From contig CAVTCR010000050.1 of NCBI GenBank assembly GCA_963733195.1, forward strand, positions 128,001 through 192,000: a DNA stretch of 64,000 nt. Reading direction: 5' to 3'. Made by a program: the position numbers and the translations under genes. Of the stretch, positions 10,651-22,368 are shown piece after piece. Positions within the stretch are counted from its first letter, which is position 1. Every line of letters begins with the position of its first letter. A model generated the notes under the pieces. The model was not told where the DNA came from. It worked only from the letters and a program-made list of their open reading frames with translations, and did no database searches. Origin of the DNA: an uncultured delta proteobacterium (lineage in GTDB: Bacteria; Desulfobacterota; Binatia; Bin18).

Positions 10651-13029
10651 ATGAAGCAGTCAGCGGTGGTGGAGCGAATCTTCCCAACCGACCTCGGCAA
10701 CGAGGCTGAGGAACGCTACCTCAATTATGCCTTGAGTGTCATCACTTCTCGTGCGCTTCCTGATGTGCGCGACGGACTCAAGCCGGTGCAACGTCGTCTT
10801 CTGTACGCGATGTTCCAGAATTTACGTTTGGGAAGTGATGCGCGACCACGCAAATCAGCTGCGATCGTCGGAGAAGTTCTCGGTAAATATCATCCGCATG
10901 GTGATCAGGCAGCGTACGAAGCTATGGTACGCTTGGCTCAACCATTCTCACTGCGTTATCCGCTCGTACATGGCGAAGGTAATTTTGGCTCGCTCGATGG
11001 TGATAGTGCTGCGGCTATGCGCTATACTGAAGCCAAACTTGCACCGCTCACTGATGAGTTGTTTCGCGACTTGCGTGGACAAACTGTTCCATTTCGCGCC
11101 AACTACGATGCAACGGTAGAAGAACCAGTTGTGCTCCCTGCGGCGATTCCCCAACTGCTGCTAAACGGTGCAAGTGGGATCGCTGTCGGTATGGCCACCA
11201 ATATTCCGCCACATAACTTCACCGAGGTGGTCAACGCGCTCGTCGCGATGATCGATGATCCTGATATTACGGTTGCTAATCTCCTGAAGCATATCAAAGG
11301 TCCTGATTTTCCCACTGGCGGTGAGATTCTCACCACTAAACGCGAGTTGCGTGAAATCTACGAAACCGGACAGGGGTCGATAAAACTGCGCGGGGAATGG
11401 ACGATTGAATCACTACCACGAGGAAAGCAACAAATTGTTATCACCTCTCTCCCTTACACGGTGAACAAGGCGCAACTGGTAGAGAAGATCGCTGAGCTGG
11501 TCAGCGGGCGGAAGATTCCTCAGATCATCGATGTCCGTGACGAATCGACCGACGACGTGCGTGTTATCCTTGAGCTTAAAGGTGAGGCTTCCGATGAACT
11601 GGTGATGGCGTATCTTTGCAAGCACACGACACTACAGATTACCGTGCCTGTGAACCTGACCTGTCTCATTCCCACAAGCAATCCTTTGGTTGGACAACCG
11701 GCAAAAGTGACACTTCGCGACCTGTGTCGCCATTTCCTCGATTTCCGTTTAGAGGTTGTCACCAAGCGTCTCGCGTTTGAACTTCGTGAACTGGAAGAAC
11801 GGCTCCATATCCTGGCCGGACTCGCACTCATTGCCGGCAGTCTCGATCAGGTCATTCGCATCATCCGCAATTCCGCATCTCGCAAAGACGCTCGTGACAA
11901 ACTGATGAGCGCTTTCAAGCTCGATGAGGTCCAAGCCGAAGCGATCCTAGAAACGCGGTTGTATCAGCTCGCCCGACTTGAAGTCGAGAAAATTCAAAAC
12001 GAACAAGCCGAGAAAGAAAAACGCGCCAAGGAGATTCGCGTATTACTCGGGAATGAGAAGAAACGGTGGACCATTATTCGCGACGAACTCCAGGAATTGG
12101 GCAAACGTTACGGCGATCGACGACGGACCGCGCTCCGTGCTGGAGAAGAGTTGGCATACGATCCTGAGGCGTATATCGTCCATGAGGAAGCAACGGTAGT
12201 ACTCAGTCGTGATGGCTGGATCAAACGGGTTCGTGAACTGAAAGATCCAACCAGCACCCGTTTGCGTGAAGGCGATGTAATCCGTGTTATTCTGAATGGC
12301 ACAACTCGTGATCGTCTCGCCTTGTTCTCGAATAAGGGTGTACTCTACGTGATAAAGGTCTACGACGTGCCAGCGTCGACTGGGTACGGGGAACCTATTC
12401 AGACGCTGTTGAACTTCCAAGATGGTGAGCGGGTCGTCACGGCAACGTTGGTCACTGGAGAAGGAGTGGCGACAAACGAGAAGACTGCTCCGCCAACCGA
12501 CGAGGATGGTCAGGGTGAATTGTTCAACGCCACTAACGACAACGATAATGGAGATGAACCCGTTGCCGACGGTCCGGCGTATCTGCTCGCAACCGCCGAA
12601 GGAATGGGCTTCCGGTTTCGTCCGAACTTAGAAGAGACGACACGTAATGGTCGCAAAGTGGCTCGGCTCGCCGACAATGACGAAGTTGTTTCCGTAGAGC
12701 CCGTCGAGAGTGGACGAGTTGTCTGCGTCAGTGCCGAAGGGCGAATGCTCGCCTTTCCCACTGAAGATGTCTCAGAGCTCACTGGTGCTGGGCGAGGGGT
12801 GATTTTGGTGCGATTGGAAGAGAGTGACCGCCTTATCGGCGCAGTGACCACCGTGCCAGGGAAAGGTGTAATTGTGACTAATAGTGATGGAAATGATCGT
12901 GAAATTTCACTGAAAGAGATCCCGCTTGGACAACGCGCGGGTAAGGGTCAGCGGGTGATAAAACGGATGACGCTGGTGAGTGTACGCGGCCCCGTGGTTG
13001 AGGAGGATAAACGCAATGGCAGGGCGTAG
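10651..13029 (+). CDS. parC: Type IIA topoisomerase subunit A, probably topoisomerase IV ParC
   Basis: [39 protein letters not shown] and GPDFPTGG; no GyrA-box in the first CTD blade. Confidence 0.85.
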   Translation: MKQSAVVERIFPTDLGNEAEERYLNYALSVITSRALPDVRDGLKPVQRRLLYAMFQNLRLGSDARPRKSAAIVGEVLGKYHPHGDQAAYEAMVRLAQPFSLRYPLVHGEGNFGSLDGDSAAAMRYTEAKLAPLTDELFRDLRGQTVPFRANYDATVEEPVVLPAAIPQLLLNGASGIAVGMATNIPPHNFTEVVNALVAMIDDPDITVANLLKHIKGPDFPTGGEILTTKRELREIYETGQGSIKLRGEWTIESLPRGKQQIVITSLPYTVNKAQLVEKIAELVSGRKIPQIIDVRDESTDDVRVILELKGEASDELVMAYLCKHTTLQITVPVNLTCLIPTSNPLVGQPAKVTLRDLCRHFLDFRLEVVTKRLAFELRELEERLHILAGLALIAGSLDQVIRIIRNSASRKDARDKLMSAFKLDEVQAEAILETRLYQLARLEVEKIQNEQAEKEKRAKEIRVLLGNEKKRWTIIRDELQELGKRYGDRRRTALRAGEELAYDPEAYIVHEEATVVLSRDGWIKRVRELKDPTSTRLREGDVIRVILNGTTRDRLALFSNKGVLYVIKVYDVPASTGYGEPIQTLLNFQDGERVVTATLVTGEGVATNEKTAPPTDEDGQGELFNATNDNDNGDEPVADGPAYLLATAEGMGFRFRPNLEETTRNGRKVARLADNDEVVSVEPVESGRVVCVSAEGRMLAFPTEDVSELTGAGRGVILVRLEESDRLIGAVTTVPGKGVIVTNSDGNDREISLKEIPLGQRAGKGQRVIKRMTLVSVRGPVVEEDKRNGRA

Positions 13030-14946
13030 TAACGGCAACGGCAACAATAGCTATACCGCCAAAGACATCACCGTACTCGAAGGGCTGGAGCCGGTTCGTA
13101 AACGGCCTGGTATGTATATTGGCGGGGTTGATACTGCCGGACTCCACCATCTGGTGTGGGAGATTCTGGATAACGCTGTCGACGAAGCCATGAACGGTCA
13201 TGCCGACCGGATCGATGTGACGCTACATGCCGATGGCTCAACCGTTACCGTGAGCGACAACGGACGCGGCATTCCAGTTGACATCCATCCGAAGTTTAAA
13301 AAATCGGCGCTCGAACTGATTCTCACTACCCTTCATGCCGGTGGCAAGTTTGAGGGGTTGAATTATTCGCATTCCGGCGGATTACATGGAGTCGGCGCGT
13401 CGGTCGTTACCGCACTTTCTGACCATCTCGTAGCCAGAGTCAAACGCGACGGGGCTGAGTGGGAACAAGGGATTTGTACGTGGTAAATGTACAGCGCCAC
13501 TCAAAAAGATTGGTCAGGTACGAGGAAGCGGCACAACCATCACCTTCCATCCCGACGCTGAAATTTTCCCTTCGATCACTTTCAAACCCAAACTCATCGC
13601 TGAGCGCCTCGAAGCCAAAGCCTATCTTCACAAGGGGCTCAAGCTGATCTTTCGCAATCAAGCAACGAAAGAAGAAACAACCTATCATTATGAGGATGGT
13701 CTTCGGGCCTATCTCGCTAAACTCTTAACCGAGGGACAGAAGAAGGCAATTATCTCAGAAGTGTTCACGCTGGAACGTGAGGACGAGCCGCCGTTGGAAT
13801 GTGCTCTCACGTGGACTGAGTCACCAGAAGAGAGTGTCTATACTTTCGTCAACGGCATCCCAACACCGTTTGGCGGCACGCATGAAAACGGATTCAAATC
13901 CGCTGTTGTCAAAGCTGTCCGTAATTATATTAACGTTCATGATCTCACCCCCAAAGGATTGGCCTTGACTGCCGAAGACACACGTGAGGGTCTCGTCGCG
14001 ACTCTTGAGCGTGTATCTGAAGAATCCGCAGTTTCAGGGACAAACGAAAGAAAAACTCGGCAATCCAGAAGTTACTGCTCAGCTTGATGGCATACTCCGC
14101 ACGGCATTAGAGAATTTTCTGTTGCATAATAAATCGCAAGCTGATGCGATCGCACAGCGCGTGATACTGGCGGCAAAAGCCCGTACGGCCTCACGGGCTG
14201 CACTCGAAACAGTACGTAAAGGTTCGGTATCGCACCGCCTCAACCTTCCCGGCAAACTTGCCGACTGTTCCTCAACCAGCCCAGAGGGAAGTGAATTGTT
14301 TATTGTCGAAGGTGATTCTGCCGGTGGCTCAGCCAAACAAGGTCGCGATCGTACCTATCAGGCGATTTTGCCATTGCGTGGCAAGGTCTTGAACACCGAG
14401 CAAGCGTCGCTGAGTAAAGTACTCACCAACAAAGAGTTATCTGATGTGGTCTCTGCGCTTGGCTGCGGTGTCGATAAAACATTCGACATTAACAAATTGC
14501 GCTACCATAAGATCTGTTTGCTCATGGACGCTGATTCTGACGGCAATCATATTTGTACGTTATTACTGACCTTCTTTTATCGCCATCTGCCTGAGCTTAT
14601 CCGCGACGGTTATGTCTACATTGCTCGCCCGCCGCTCTACAAAATTGAAGTCGGCAAAGAGGTGCTGTGGGCCAATGATGATGCCGAAAAAGACCGTCTC
14701 TTAGCGAAGCAGAACGGCAAAGCCAGCAAGGCCCACGTCCAACGTTTCAAAGGATTAGGAGAGATGAATCCGCCCACTTTGAAGGAGACGACACTTGATC
14801 CGCGCTCACGTACGCTGCTTAGAGTGACGATTGAGGACGCCGAGCGGACAGAAGCGTCGATTCAAACCTTGATGGGCAAAGATGTACAGCCCAGGTTCGA
14901 GTTCATCATGAGTCGCGCCCCGAAGGTGGAAGAGGTGGATGTGTAA
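13016..14946 (+). CDS. parE: Type IIA topoisomerase subunit B, probably ParE, with frameshifts near 13470 and 14005
   Basis: [47 protein letters not shown] and RFKGLGEM across three frames. Confidence 0.85.
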
Positions 14947-14975
14947 AGCCATGAGGATGGCGAGGAGCCACGTCT

Positions 14976-16973
14976 TCAAGAATTCGGCATCCCCCCTCTC
15001 AGCCACTGCAGCGGGCTAAAACCGATCTGCCTGGTCAGGTGCGCGTCGAGTGCCATGAAGCTCATGAACAGATACCAAGCCGTGCAGGCGAGCAGCGCCA
15101 GTTGTTTCCACCAGCGCGGACGTAAGGCCTGCGGTAGGAAACGACGATTGACATACCACGTATGCAGTGCTGTCACAGCCACGAGAAATCCGCCGATATT
15201 CGAGGAGATCAGAATCATCGTGAGTGGGGTGGTAATCTGCATGGCGATACAGATCCACGTGATGTACACCCCCAAGACCAGATAATAGATTTTGTAAACG
15301 TCGTGCGGTGGCATCTCGCGCGCCAGGATAAAGGCTGAGCCCAGCACCCACGCCGTGCCAAAGATAAATACTTTCACGGTCGTGCTCCACTCGACGAGCA
15401 GAGTGACCGTGCCATCAGCCCCAACGCTCTGACCGACTTTGAGCGCCGATAGCGCTACACAGCTCAAAACAGTAACGGCGTACACCATCACCAGTGGTTT
15501 TAATACTCGAGCCTCAACCTCTTCTGCCTTGAGCCGTGCTACCACGCGACGCACAAGCCATAGCGCGGTAGGAATCCCACAGAGAAAAATAAGCGCCAAG
15601 AAGAAGTAACTGACAGAGAGAAATTCCTCCGCAACGCTGTGCAACACAAGAGCACCGATTACAAGAGCCAGCCCCACAGACAACACTCGCGTACTCCGGA
15701 CCTTCCGCCCGGGCTGACTGCCTGTCCAAATCATGTCACTCCACAACCGCCCTACTCCATCAACTCCCACCAAAACGCTGGAAAAGAGCACCCAGAAACC
15801 ACACAGCAAGGTCAGATACCAGAAAACGCTGCCATGCCTTCTAGCGATGCCTTCGGCCTGAAATGCCGCGGCTTGCCACTGGCCCAGATTACGGGAGGGA
15901 TCGATAAACTCGACGGCGAGAATGGCGGGCAACGCCATGCCGAGGAGCGCGCCGCCAGCCCAAATGAGCCCTTGATCGAACAACACCAGCTTCCACCATT
16001 GGCGAAACTTTCGGACGTTATCCGCCGTGACCGGAAACACCATGCCAACATGGGACAGCGTAATCGCTTGCCCGCCAACTGCCGAGGGAATAGCTCCGAC
16101 TAACGCTCCCATTCCCCAGCCTTTGTCTCGTATGTAGTTACTCGTGCCTGCGTTTCCCAAGCCACCAAGTCCAGCATACGCGGCAAATCCAGCGATCAAC
16201 GCCCAGTCCAAAGCCTGGCCATCAGGAAAATAGCCAAAGTTGACAAACCCGCTGAAGACCAAGCCCCACGAGCGCCAACTCGTCATGAAGACATCGACAA
16301 AGAGCAAGTACCCCAAAATCCACACCACCATAAACGCCGTGGCCGTCTGCAGCATAGTGTAGACCTTGCCGCCAAAGAGCACCAACAAAACGCAGACCGC
16401 GAAAATGGCGTAGGCGCAACTGCGCACGAGAAAGGAGTTGGCAGCAGTCGGCACGACATAGGCGTCATACTGGACACTCAAGATCCCCGCGGCGACAGCG
16501 GTAGCCGCGTTCGTTGCTAACCCTGGCCACGCCATACTGGCGCTGAGACCTAAATACCAGGAGCTGTGCCAGCGACTGCCGGGCCAGCAGCGCATGTAGG
16601 CGGTGAAGATCGGTTCACCTGTCGCTAAGGTATAACGCGCCACTTCCTGATTCAGGCAGGCCTGCAAACAGATAGAGACAGTTGCGACCCACAGCACCGT
16701 TCCCGCGTATTTGGCGGTCAACGCCGGGGCGAGCAGCCATTCGCCGCTGCCGATAGCTGCGCCGAGCAAGATCACGCTCGGACCGATCAAACGGACAGCG
16801 TTCCGCACACCAAATTGTGGCGGGTCAGGCAACTCTCCAACGTTCCATGCTGGCAACATCCCTGGATCAGGAAATCCACACGCTGTGCTCGTAGCTGGAA
16901 GCGGGTCTGTGATGGGTTCCAGAGCAACGGCAGTGCTCTCCGCAGTCCTACCTTCATGACTCATAGTCGGCAT
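14976..16973 (-). CDS. Nramp/APC-superfamily-like membrane transporter
   Basis: IGPSVILLGAAIGSGEW, RYTLATGE, FAAYAGLGGLGN and YIRDKGWGMG; many TM helices. Confidence 0.7.
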   Translation of the reverse strand: MPTMSHEGRTAESTAVALEPITDPLPATSTACGFPDPGMLPAWNVGELPDPPQFGVRNAVRLIGPSVILLGAAIGSGEWLLAPALTAKYAGTVLWVATVSICLQACLNQEVARYTLATGEPIFTAYMRCWPGSRWHSSWYLGLSASMAWPGLATNAATAVAAGILSVQYDAYVVPTAANSFLVRSCAYAIFAVCVLLVLFGGKVYTMLQTATAFMVVWILGYLLFVDVFMTSWRSWGLVFSGFVNFGYFPDGQALDWALIAGFAAYAGLGGLGNAGTSNYIRDKGWGMGALVGAIPSAVGGQAITLSHVGMVFPVTADNVRKFRQWWKLVLFDQGLIWAGGALLGMALPAILAVEFIDPSRNLGQWQAAAFQAEGIARRHGSVFWYLTLLCGFWVLFSSVLVGVDGVGRLWSDMIWTGSQPGRKVRSTRVLSVGLALVIGALVLHSVAEEFLSVSYFFLALIFLCGIPTALWLVRRVVARLKAEEVEARVLKPLVMVYAVTVLSCVALSALKVGQSVGADGTVTLLVEWSTTVKVFIFGTAWVLGSAFILAREMPPHDVYKIYYLVLGVYITWICIAMQITTPLTMILISSNIGGFLVAVTALHTWYVNRRFLPQALRPRWWKQLALLACTAWYLFMSFMALDAHLTRQIGFSPLQWLRGGMPNS

Positions 16974-17087
16974 CCACTTTCGCTATGGAACCACGCGCTG
17001 TTGAGTCTTTTGTATTGAGCCAGTTCCTCATTGGGTCATCAGATCATTGAATCATTGCTGCATCGGGTCATTGATAAAAACAATCTT

Positions 17088-20000
17088 TCAATCGTTCAAT
17101 TCTTCGAGCAGCACCTTTGCCTCTTGCAAGTCTTTGGTATCAAATCCTTCGGTGAACCAACTATACACGTCCGACAACATTTGGTGAGATTCGTCAAGTT
17201 TAGCGCGTGTTCCATGGTGCGTGGGATGTAAGCCGTGTTGCGTGTTCCGTGGTGTGTAATCCCGAGCTTGGTGTTGTCGTAACCGGACCAGGCTCATCAC
17301 CGCGCGCAGTTCGAGCGACTTGGCTTGTTGTTTTTGGGCGATGTCGATGGCTTTGAGGAAGCACGCTTCGGCTTCTTCGAAACCGATGAATGATGAACGA
17401 TGAATGATGAATGGGGGCAGTTTCCTGCTGTTCTTTCTTTTTTTGTCTGCCGTTCATCATTCTGCATTCTGACGTTCCGACGTTTAGCGAGCAGCTCGCC
17501 TTTCAGCCGATACAGCTCCGCCTCATAAAACCGCTCTCCGCTTTTGTCCACCACCGCCAGCGCCTCGGCGAGTGTGGCCAGCCCTTCCTCTGCCTGCCCC
17601 GCTTTCCCATACGCCTCGGCCAGCAGGACAAGATAATATGATTGAAATATCCCTGCCCCTACGGCTTGCTGGGTGGCCAGGCCTTGGCGGATCTGGCTAA
17701 TCCCCTCTTCACTCTGTCCCTGTTCGGCGAGCGCCCAGCCCTGCAGGACAGCCCCTTGCCCTAACCAACGGGAAATCCTTGCTCGCGCGCGAGGGTGATT
17801 GCTGCCTCGGCCCACTCGTGGGTCAGTGCTCTTTCCCGGCGAAGCTGGTGCGACAGGGCAGCAAAAACCCGGGCGGCGGCCAAGCTGTATGGATGAGACC
17901 GCTCTTGGGCCAGAGTACGCGCGGCATGCTCTTCTGGAGCGCCTGGTCCGGATAGCCCAGATGCCACAGGACCAAGGCTGCATAGGAAAGGCTAAAGACC
18001 CCCGGCTCCGTATGCTGTAGAGGAACACATGGGAGCGGTGGCGCTGAGCGTCATACAGGGTCAGACTCTGCTCCAGGTGCGCCTGGGCCGCGCCGAACTC
18101 ACCCAGATGGAATAAGGTGCTGCCCAGTGCCCGATATGCCTCCATGAGCAAGGCCGGGTCGTGCTCCCGCTGGGCCAGGCCCAGGAGTTGCTCCCCCAGC
18201 TCGCGCGCCGCGAGCAACTCGCCCCCAACATGATGAAACGTCCGCAGCCCAAAGAGGACCGGGAAGAGCTGGCGGGTCTCCCCGAGCCTGCTGGCACAGC
18301 TCCCGGGCGCGGGTATAGGTAGCCTTCACTTCCGGTGAGGCAAAACCTCTGATGGCCTGTAACGGCATGCCCAGAGTGACGTGCAGTATGAGTTCTTGTT
18401 GGGCACGCTCGGAGGTGTCTGGCAGAGCGTTGAGTAATTGTAGGGCAGTCGTGAGGTGAGTGATTGCTTCCGTATTGGCCGAGCGCTGCACCGCCTGTTG
18501 CCCCGCCAGGTGCAGGTACTCGACGGCTTTCTCCGTATTGCCACTGCGACTGTAGTGATGCGCTAGGTCACTGTAATGCTCGTCCAGGGTGGCGCGGTAG
18601 AGGGCTTCCATGGCCTGCGCCGTGCGCTCATGTAAGGCTTTGCGCTCGCTCGTGGAGCACCGTGCCGTAGGCGACCTCCTGCGTTAGGGCGTGCTTGAAG
18701 ATATAGTCGGCCTCGGGCAAGGCCGGCTGTTCGTAGAGAAATTCTTTGTGCTGGAGCGAGGCGAGGAGGCGATAGAGTTCGTCTTCAGGGTGTGGAATGA
18801 CTTGGCGGAGGAGACTCAACGGGAACTGGCGCCCGATGACGGACAATTGCTGCAAGAGGGTTTTCTCGTCGGGGCGAGGCGGTCGATGCGGGCGGCCAAG
18901 ACGCCTTGCACGGTGGGGGAGATATGGAGTTCGGCTGGCGCGTGCTCCGGCCGGTACTGGCCACGCTCGCCGCTGAGCACCCCTTCTTCCGCTAACGTCC
19001 TGCACCACCTCTTCCATGAAAAACGGCGTGCCTTCGGTTTTCTCCAAGATGAGTTGTTTGAGGTCGTGTAGGGGCGCACCAATGTGTGCGCCCGCTGCCT
19101 GTGGGCCGCACCCTTCGCCAAGCTCAGGGCAGGCTCCCGGTCGGCCCCTACAGAAGTACCGAGGAGCGCGTCGAGAAATTCTTCCGCTTCGGCCTTCCCA
19201 AACGGTGCCAACCGCAGTTGCGTGTAATAGGTCTTGCTTCCCCATTCTTGCCGATACTCTGGGCGATAGTTGACCAGCAGCAAGACTTTGGCCGAGGCCA
19301 CACTCTCACTCAGCGTATCGAGAAAGCCTTGCGTCTCGCTATCAATCCAGTGCAGATCTTCGAAGATGCAGGATCAAGGGCTGCTTGAGACTCTCCCGCA
19401 AGAACAGTTTCTTGAGCGCGTCGAACGTCCGCCGGCGCCGAATCTGCGGGTCCATCTGCTGTAACGGCGAGGGCTGCTCTTCAATCCCCAGCAACGCAAA
19501 CAGATAGGACAAGGTATCTTCCAAACTCCGGTCCAAGCCGAGGACTTTCCCGATGACCTTCTCACGACGGGTCCGCTCGTCATCCTGCGGTTGAATCTGG
19601 AAATAGCCCTTAAGCAACTCAATCACCGGCAGATACGGTGACGCTTTGCCGTGGGAGACCGAGTAGGCTTGGAGCACGAGTAGGGGCGTACGGCCGTACG
19701 CCCCTACGAATTCGTGAAACAACCGTGACTTGCCTAACCCCGGCTCGCCCATCACTCCCACGATCTGCCCATGTCCGGCTTTGGCTTGCTCCAATGCTCT
19801 GCACATCTGCTCCATCTCGCTCTGCCGTCCAACAAACCGCGTCAGTCCATGGCGGGTAGCGGACACTTGCAAGCGGGTGCGCAGTGGGCCGGCACCCAGC
19901 ACTTCGTAGACGGTGAGTGGTTCTTCTACTCCTTTGATCTGCGTCTGTCCGAGCGCTTTGAAGGCAAAATACCCCTCGGTGAGTTTGTGCGTATACACCG

Positions 20001-20846
20001 TCACCAGAATCGACCCCGGCGTGGCCATCTGCTCCATCCGCGCGGCGAGGTTGGTCGAATGGCCGACCGGCACATAGTCGGTGTGCAGATCATCTTTGCG
20101 AATCGAGCGCACCACCACTTCCCCGGTATTGATGCCAATTCTCATCGCCAATGGGACGCCGTGCTTGAGCCGTATCTGATCGCTGTAGCGGCGCATCTCG
20201 TCTTGCATACACAAGGCAGCGTACAACGCACGTTGGGGATGATCCTCATGCGCAATCGGGGCACCAAACAGCGCGAAGATCCCATCGCCTAGCGCTTGCG
20301 CGACATAGCCCTCATAGCGATGCACCGCGTCCATCATCAGTTGCAGTGCGGGATCAATAATCGCGCGGGCTTCCTCTGGGTCGAGACCTTCAATCAATGC
20401 GGTTGAGCCTTTGAGATCGGCAAACAACGCGGTGATGGTCTTGCGTTCACCGTCTGTGACTACTGCTGCACGAATCCGTTCGGCAAGATGGGGCGGCGTG
20501 TAGGCGCGCTGGGGGTTGGGCTTCTGGACTTTGGACCTTGGACCCTTCGACTAGCTCACCTGTGCCTGCGGCACTGGCGCAGGCAGGACAGGCTTTGAGA
20601 CCTTGGACTTCTGTTCTGACGCTGGACGCTGGACGCCTGGACGCCCTCGGACTGTCCTTGGCCGACCCACACCAACACCTCCCCGTCTTCATCAACGGCA
20701 AGTCGCTTTGCCTTAATGAGTTCGGTCTTTAGATCTTCGAGCGACTCGTCATCCAGGTCGAACTCGCGTTTCAATGCCCGATACGAGACGCGTTCTCTCC
20801 GTTGCAGAAACTCAACGGCTTGATCTACCAGCTCGGAGAACTTCAT
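17088..20846 (-). CDS. Class III nucleotide cyclase - AAA/STAND ATPase - TPR protein, multiply frameshifted
   Basis: FADLKGST, GDGIFALFGAP, GINTGEV, NLAARME, Walker A GEPGLGKS, EGTPFFMEE, FKHALTQEVAY and C-terminal WFTEGFDTKDLQEAK across several frames. Confidence 0.85.
19068..19151. repeat. Inverted REP doublet inside the cyclase gene, with a nested CCCTTCG..GCTCAGG element
   Basis: GTAGGGGCGCACCAATGTGTGCGCCC...GGGCCGCA[CCCTTCGCCAAGCTCAGGGCAGGCT]CCCGGTCGGCCCCTAC. Confidence 0.75.
19680..19707. repeat. Perfect 28-bp GTAG REP palindrome within the open frame of the cyclase gene
   Basis: GTAGGGGCGTACGG|CCGTACGCCCCTAC, translated as VGAYGRTPL just after Walker A. Confidence 0.85.
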
Positions 20847-21160
20847 CTTACGCGCTCCTTGTCACCCATATGACTGAAGACTATCCCGCCAAGAGGACGA
20901 ACGAAAAACGGGAGGGCGAAGGTGACGTAAGTGAGTAAGAGCCCGCTCGTCGCATCGGTCGTGGGGAAAAAGAGTTTGACGAACACGAGTGGAGCGACCA
21001 TCCCATACAAGAGATAGTCATACCATTCGATGGAGCTGCCAATCAGGCTGGCGACGAGAGCCTTGGTGCTCTTTGATTTGCTCTGATCTGTCACGACTTT
21101 CACTACTCCTTCTGCGGGAAGTGTTGCTCTCGCTTGAGAAATCCAAATGTTTGCCGTCAC
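20843..21160 (-). pseudogene. N-terminal fragment of an MHS-family MFS transporter
   Basis: ASLIGSSIEWYDY...FFVRPLGGIVFSHMGDK, then ends abruptly, overlapping the cyclase start. Confidence 0.7.
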
Positions 21161-21241
21161 GGACCGCTACTTAAGGACAACACTTCCTTTTTCCTTCCCC
21201 TACGTTATCGACAAGCGGGCGTCAACTCGTCTAGAGATCGA

Positions 21242-22104
21242 CTACAAACCAATCCTGGCGGTGATGAGTTCAAAGTAATTCGGCAACCGTAGCCCATCCG
21301 TCCGACCCTGAAAATATAAGATCGTAGCTTCTGTGGGTGGACAGTGGAGGACCTGGGTAAAGCCCATGGCTCGAAGCTGCGCCTCAAGGGTTGTGGGCTC
21401 GAAAAAACTCTGCCAGGGTTCGCCTCGCTGGGCTGCAAGCTGGGAGGCCACGGTTACCCTGCCCGGTCTTCGGCACTCAAGGTAGACGGGGAGAGGATAA
21501 TCTGGAAGACGATCTCGCTGCCCGGGGCGGTGGACGAAGCAACATACTGCAAAGTACTGAGCACCGCTTCGGTCGTCAGGTACTGGGTGACTCCCAGCCA
21601 CGAAAAGAAGGCCGGTTCGTGGGGTTTGAACGGACTGGCCGCCATCCCTGCGGCTAGTGTGTGGACTTCAAAATCAATGGGAATGAACGTCAGGTTGTGA
21701 GGGAGGGCAATGCCGAGCTCTGCGAGCCGCTGCCGCTTCCATTGCTGTGTTGAAGGGTGGTCGACTTCGTAGACGTGCAAAGTCTGCCGCAGGTCAGAAC
21801 GGCGGTAGGCAAACGAGTCTAGCCCTGCTCCCAGAATCACATACTGCGAGATGCCCCGCGCGATGGCCTTGGCCAGTTCATCCTCGGCATAACGCTGGCG
21901 TACGACGAAGACGGCGCGCAGGGAGCGCATCTCAGGGGTTTGGAATATCTGAGGGGGAGTTTTGAGTACAGTCGCTTGTTCGGGACTGAGGAACGCCTCG
22001 GCCAGCGGGTCCGCAAAAATCTTCGGGTCATCGTCGAGTAAGAGATGCAACGCGCGCATGAGGGCTGTCGTTTCGGCTGTGCCACTAGGCCGGCTTGCTT
22101 CCAT
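21242..22104 (-). CDS. SAM-dependent methyltransferase (LCM-like), frameshifted near 21460
   Basis: DPLAEAFL, QYVILGAGLDSFAYR, VYEVDHP, FFSWLGVTQYL; C-terminal GEPWQSFF in another frame. Confidence 0.85.
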
Positions 22105-22225
22105 ACTGTCTCCTTTCGTGTCTTCTGGAGCACTGCTCCCTTTCGGGTGGAACGTGTGCTTAGACGGGAAGTGCGTCCATCTAAATCAGACCATACAACA
22201 TTCGTACATCGTAGCACTTTCTGTG

Positions 22226-22311
22226 AAATCCTCCCTGTCCCTCCTTTGTCAAAGGAGGGAACCCGAAAGCCCCCTTTCGTAAAGGGGGCCGCGCGTAGCG
22301 CGGGGGGATTT
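22226..22311. repeat. ~86-bp multi-hairpin repeat, copy 1
   Basis: AAATCCTCCCT..CCCTCCTTT..AAAGGAGGG..GCCCCCTTT..AAAGGGGGCCGCGC..GCGCGGGGGGATTT; similar to 23723-23808 and, inverted, 31317-31403. Confidence 0.85.
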
Positions 22312-22368
22312 TTCAACGTTTGGCTCTTACCCAGTGACCCTTCGTTGGTTCCTCCCATTTTCTCTCCT

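Noticed and set aside
13440-14030. Programmed frameshifting or pseudogenisation of parE (and hemG, hemH, hpaB)
   Set aside because: No shared slippery motif is evident, and frameshifts are scattered across many unrelated genes, which fits sequencing error better.
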